This document shows positions 62,932-64,000 of a stretch of DNA of 64,000 nucleotides, piece after piece. A model generated the notes under the pieces. It was not told the DNA's origin, did not search any database, and was given only the letters and a program-made list of their open reading frames with translations. The position numbers were made by a program, and so were the translations under genes. Position 1 is the stretch's first letter; each line of letters begins with the position of its first letter. Source of the stretch: Microthyrium microscopicum (lineage: Eukaryota); the NCBI GenBank assembly GCA_010405405.1, contig MU004238.1:1437530-1501529 (forward strand), in the 5' to 3' direction.

Positions 62932-64000
62932 CTATTTTGACCACCCACTGGTATCCATCGAAAGATCACTCAAGAAACCTGCCGCCACTGCATTTTCGTC
63001 CAAAAGAATATTTGGGTCAACAGGCATGTTTTCATAACCCATCATATCCGGGATTGTTGTAGCAGGCATCGCCGCTGCTGCAGTTACCAAAGGCATCATA
63101 CTTTGCTCGTCCATTGTAAACTGAGCACTTGTAGGTACTTGTAAAACACCACCCTCAGGCATGGTCGCTATTAGAATGCCAGGTTGTGAGGGTGTCGCAG
63201 TCTGGTTGATGGCTGAAAACTGCGACACCGGCATTTGGGTGAAAAGGACTGGTATGCCGTTGGCGGTGAGCATGTGCGGTTGTGCCGGGTTGATCATGGG
63301 AGCTGCACTTTTGCCTGGCTCGACACAATCCTGGCAGTTTTTGATGACCAGTGTTGCCGTTTCTTTGATTCTAACCCAGTGATATCTCTCGGCAACTCGA
63401 GCGGTAGTCTTGTTGATACCTTCGTGGGCTAGTTCGTGCATCTCCCTGGCCACATCATATTGCCTCTGAGGATCTGATATCACTTCCTTATCCTTCAGAT
63501 ATAGCTTTTCCTCCTGCTGCCCTGAGGCATCCAAAGTGTTTTCGAGAATCAGTCGGTAATGTGTTGCTGCGCTTCTCAATCTCGACTTTTCGGCTCGAGT
63601 CGCACCATCTGGGTACTTTGCGTGCTTGAGATAATACTTGATTTTGTCGAACCGTTCGTCAGTGGCAAAGTCCTCCGGAGTTGTTGCATCAAGCTCCCGC
63701 CCGAATATGATGGCATCCACCGGCTCATCATGGCTCTTCAGATGACCACATCCCTTGACCCTTCCAATCCTTTTGAACCCCAAAGCATCCCAAATCTTGC
63801 ACGAGGCCACGTTCGTTTCATACACAAGATTGAAAACAGAATACGTGTATCCTAGCTTGGGTGCCCACTCGACGTAAGTTTCTCCCATCAAACGTCCCAC
63901 GCCACGATTCCTTGCTCCATCAGTGACCAGAAACGTCCCATTGCACACATGGCTGCTGCGACCAGGATAATTCGGTTTGATGTAGAAACTGCCAATACAC
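62932..64000 (-). CDS. SPT10: Spt10-like GNAT acetyltransferase with H2C2 zinc-binding domain (3' part)
   Basis: GSFYIKPNYPGRSSHVCNGTF, LGYTYSVFNLVY, ASCKIWDALGF, and HELAHEGINKTT...YHW...CQDC. The 5' end is beyond the window. Confidence 0.88.
   Translation of the reverse strand, partial: CIGSFYIKPNYPGRSSHVCNGTFLVTDGARNRGVGRLMGETYVEWAPKLGYTYSVFNLVYETNVASCKIWDALGFKRIGRVKGCGHLKSHDEPVDAIIFGRELDATTPEDFATDERFDKIKYYLKHAKYPDGATRAEKSRLRSAATHYRLILENTLDASGQQEEKLYLKDKEVISDPQRQYDVAREMHELAHEGINKTTARVAERYHWVRIKETATLVIKNCQDCVEPGKSAAPMINPAQPHMLTANGIPVLFTQMPVSQFSAINQTATPSQPGILIATMPEGGVLQVPTSAQFTMDEQSMMPLVTAAAAMPATTIPDMMGYENMPVDPNILLDENAVAAGFLSDLSMDTSGWSK

Noticed and set aside
63320..63450. Integrase-like H2C2 zinc-binding motif suggesting a retrotransposon
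   Set aside because: It is fused to a GNAT domain as in normal Spt10, and there is no RT, integrase core or LTR.

Overview
Gene-dense region of a filamentous ascomycete (Pezizomycotina) chromosome, with short GT-AG introns and CTRAY branch points. I can support about 27 protein-coding loci. In order: BCK1-type MAPKKK (5' part), PalB/Rim13 calpain, peroxisomal ANT1, a PP28-domain protein, an Argonaute with an uninterrupted ORF (SMS-2-like), an orphan K-rich/acidic gene, the DMA1 FHA-RING ligase, MPP alpha, MED11, TAF5, prefoldin 6, VPS4, prenylcysteine oxidase, GMH1/UNC-50, COX10, CET1, RPN2, an SDR, ADP1, a RluA-type pseudouridine synthase, a Gfo/Idh/MocA oxidoreductase, an F-box/LRR-like protein, an EthD protein, TPI, an ORF split by one in-frame TAA, and SPT10 (3' part). 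The most notable observations are: (1) a 2.7 kb first intron in TAF5 that splits the LisH motif and contains a same-strand 704-codon Q/S/P-rich ORF, flanked by candidate phase-0 splice sites; (2) nearly every oversized intron (BCK1, PalB, orphan gene, F-box gene, Argonaute leader) folds by eye into long stems rich in G-U pairs on the transcribed strand; (3) a long Argonaute leader carrying a candidate spliced uORF. I saw no tRNA, rRNA, CRISPR or intact transposon. Exon boundaries and base pairing were worked out by hand; no searches were run.
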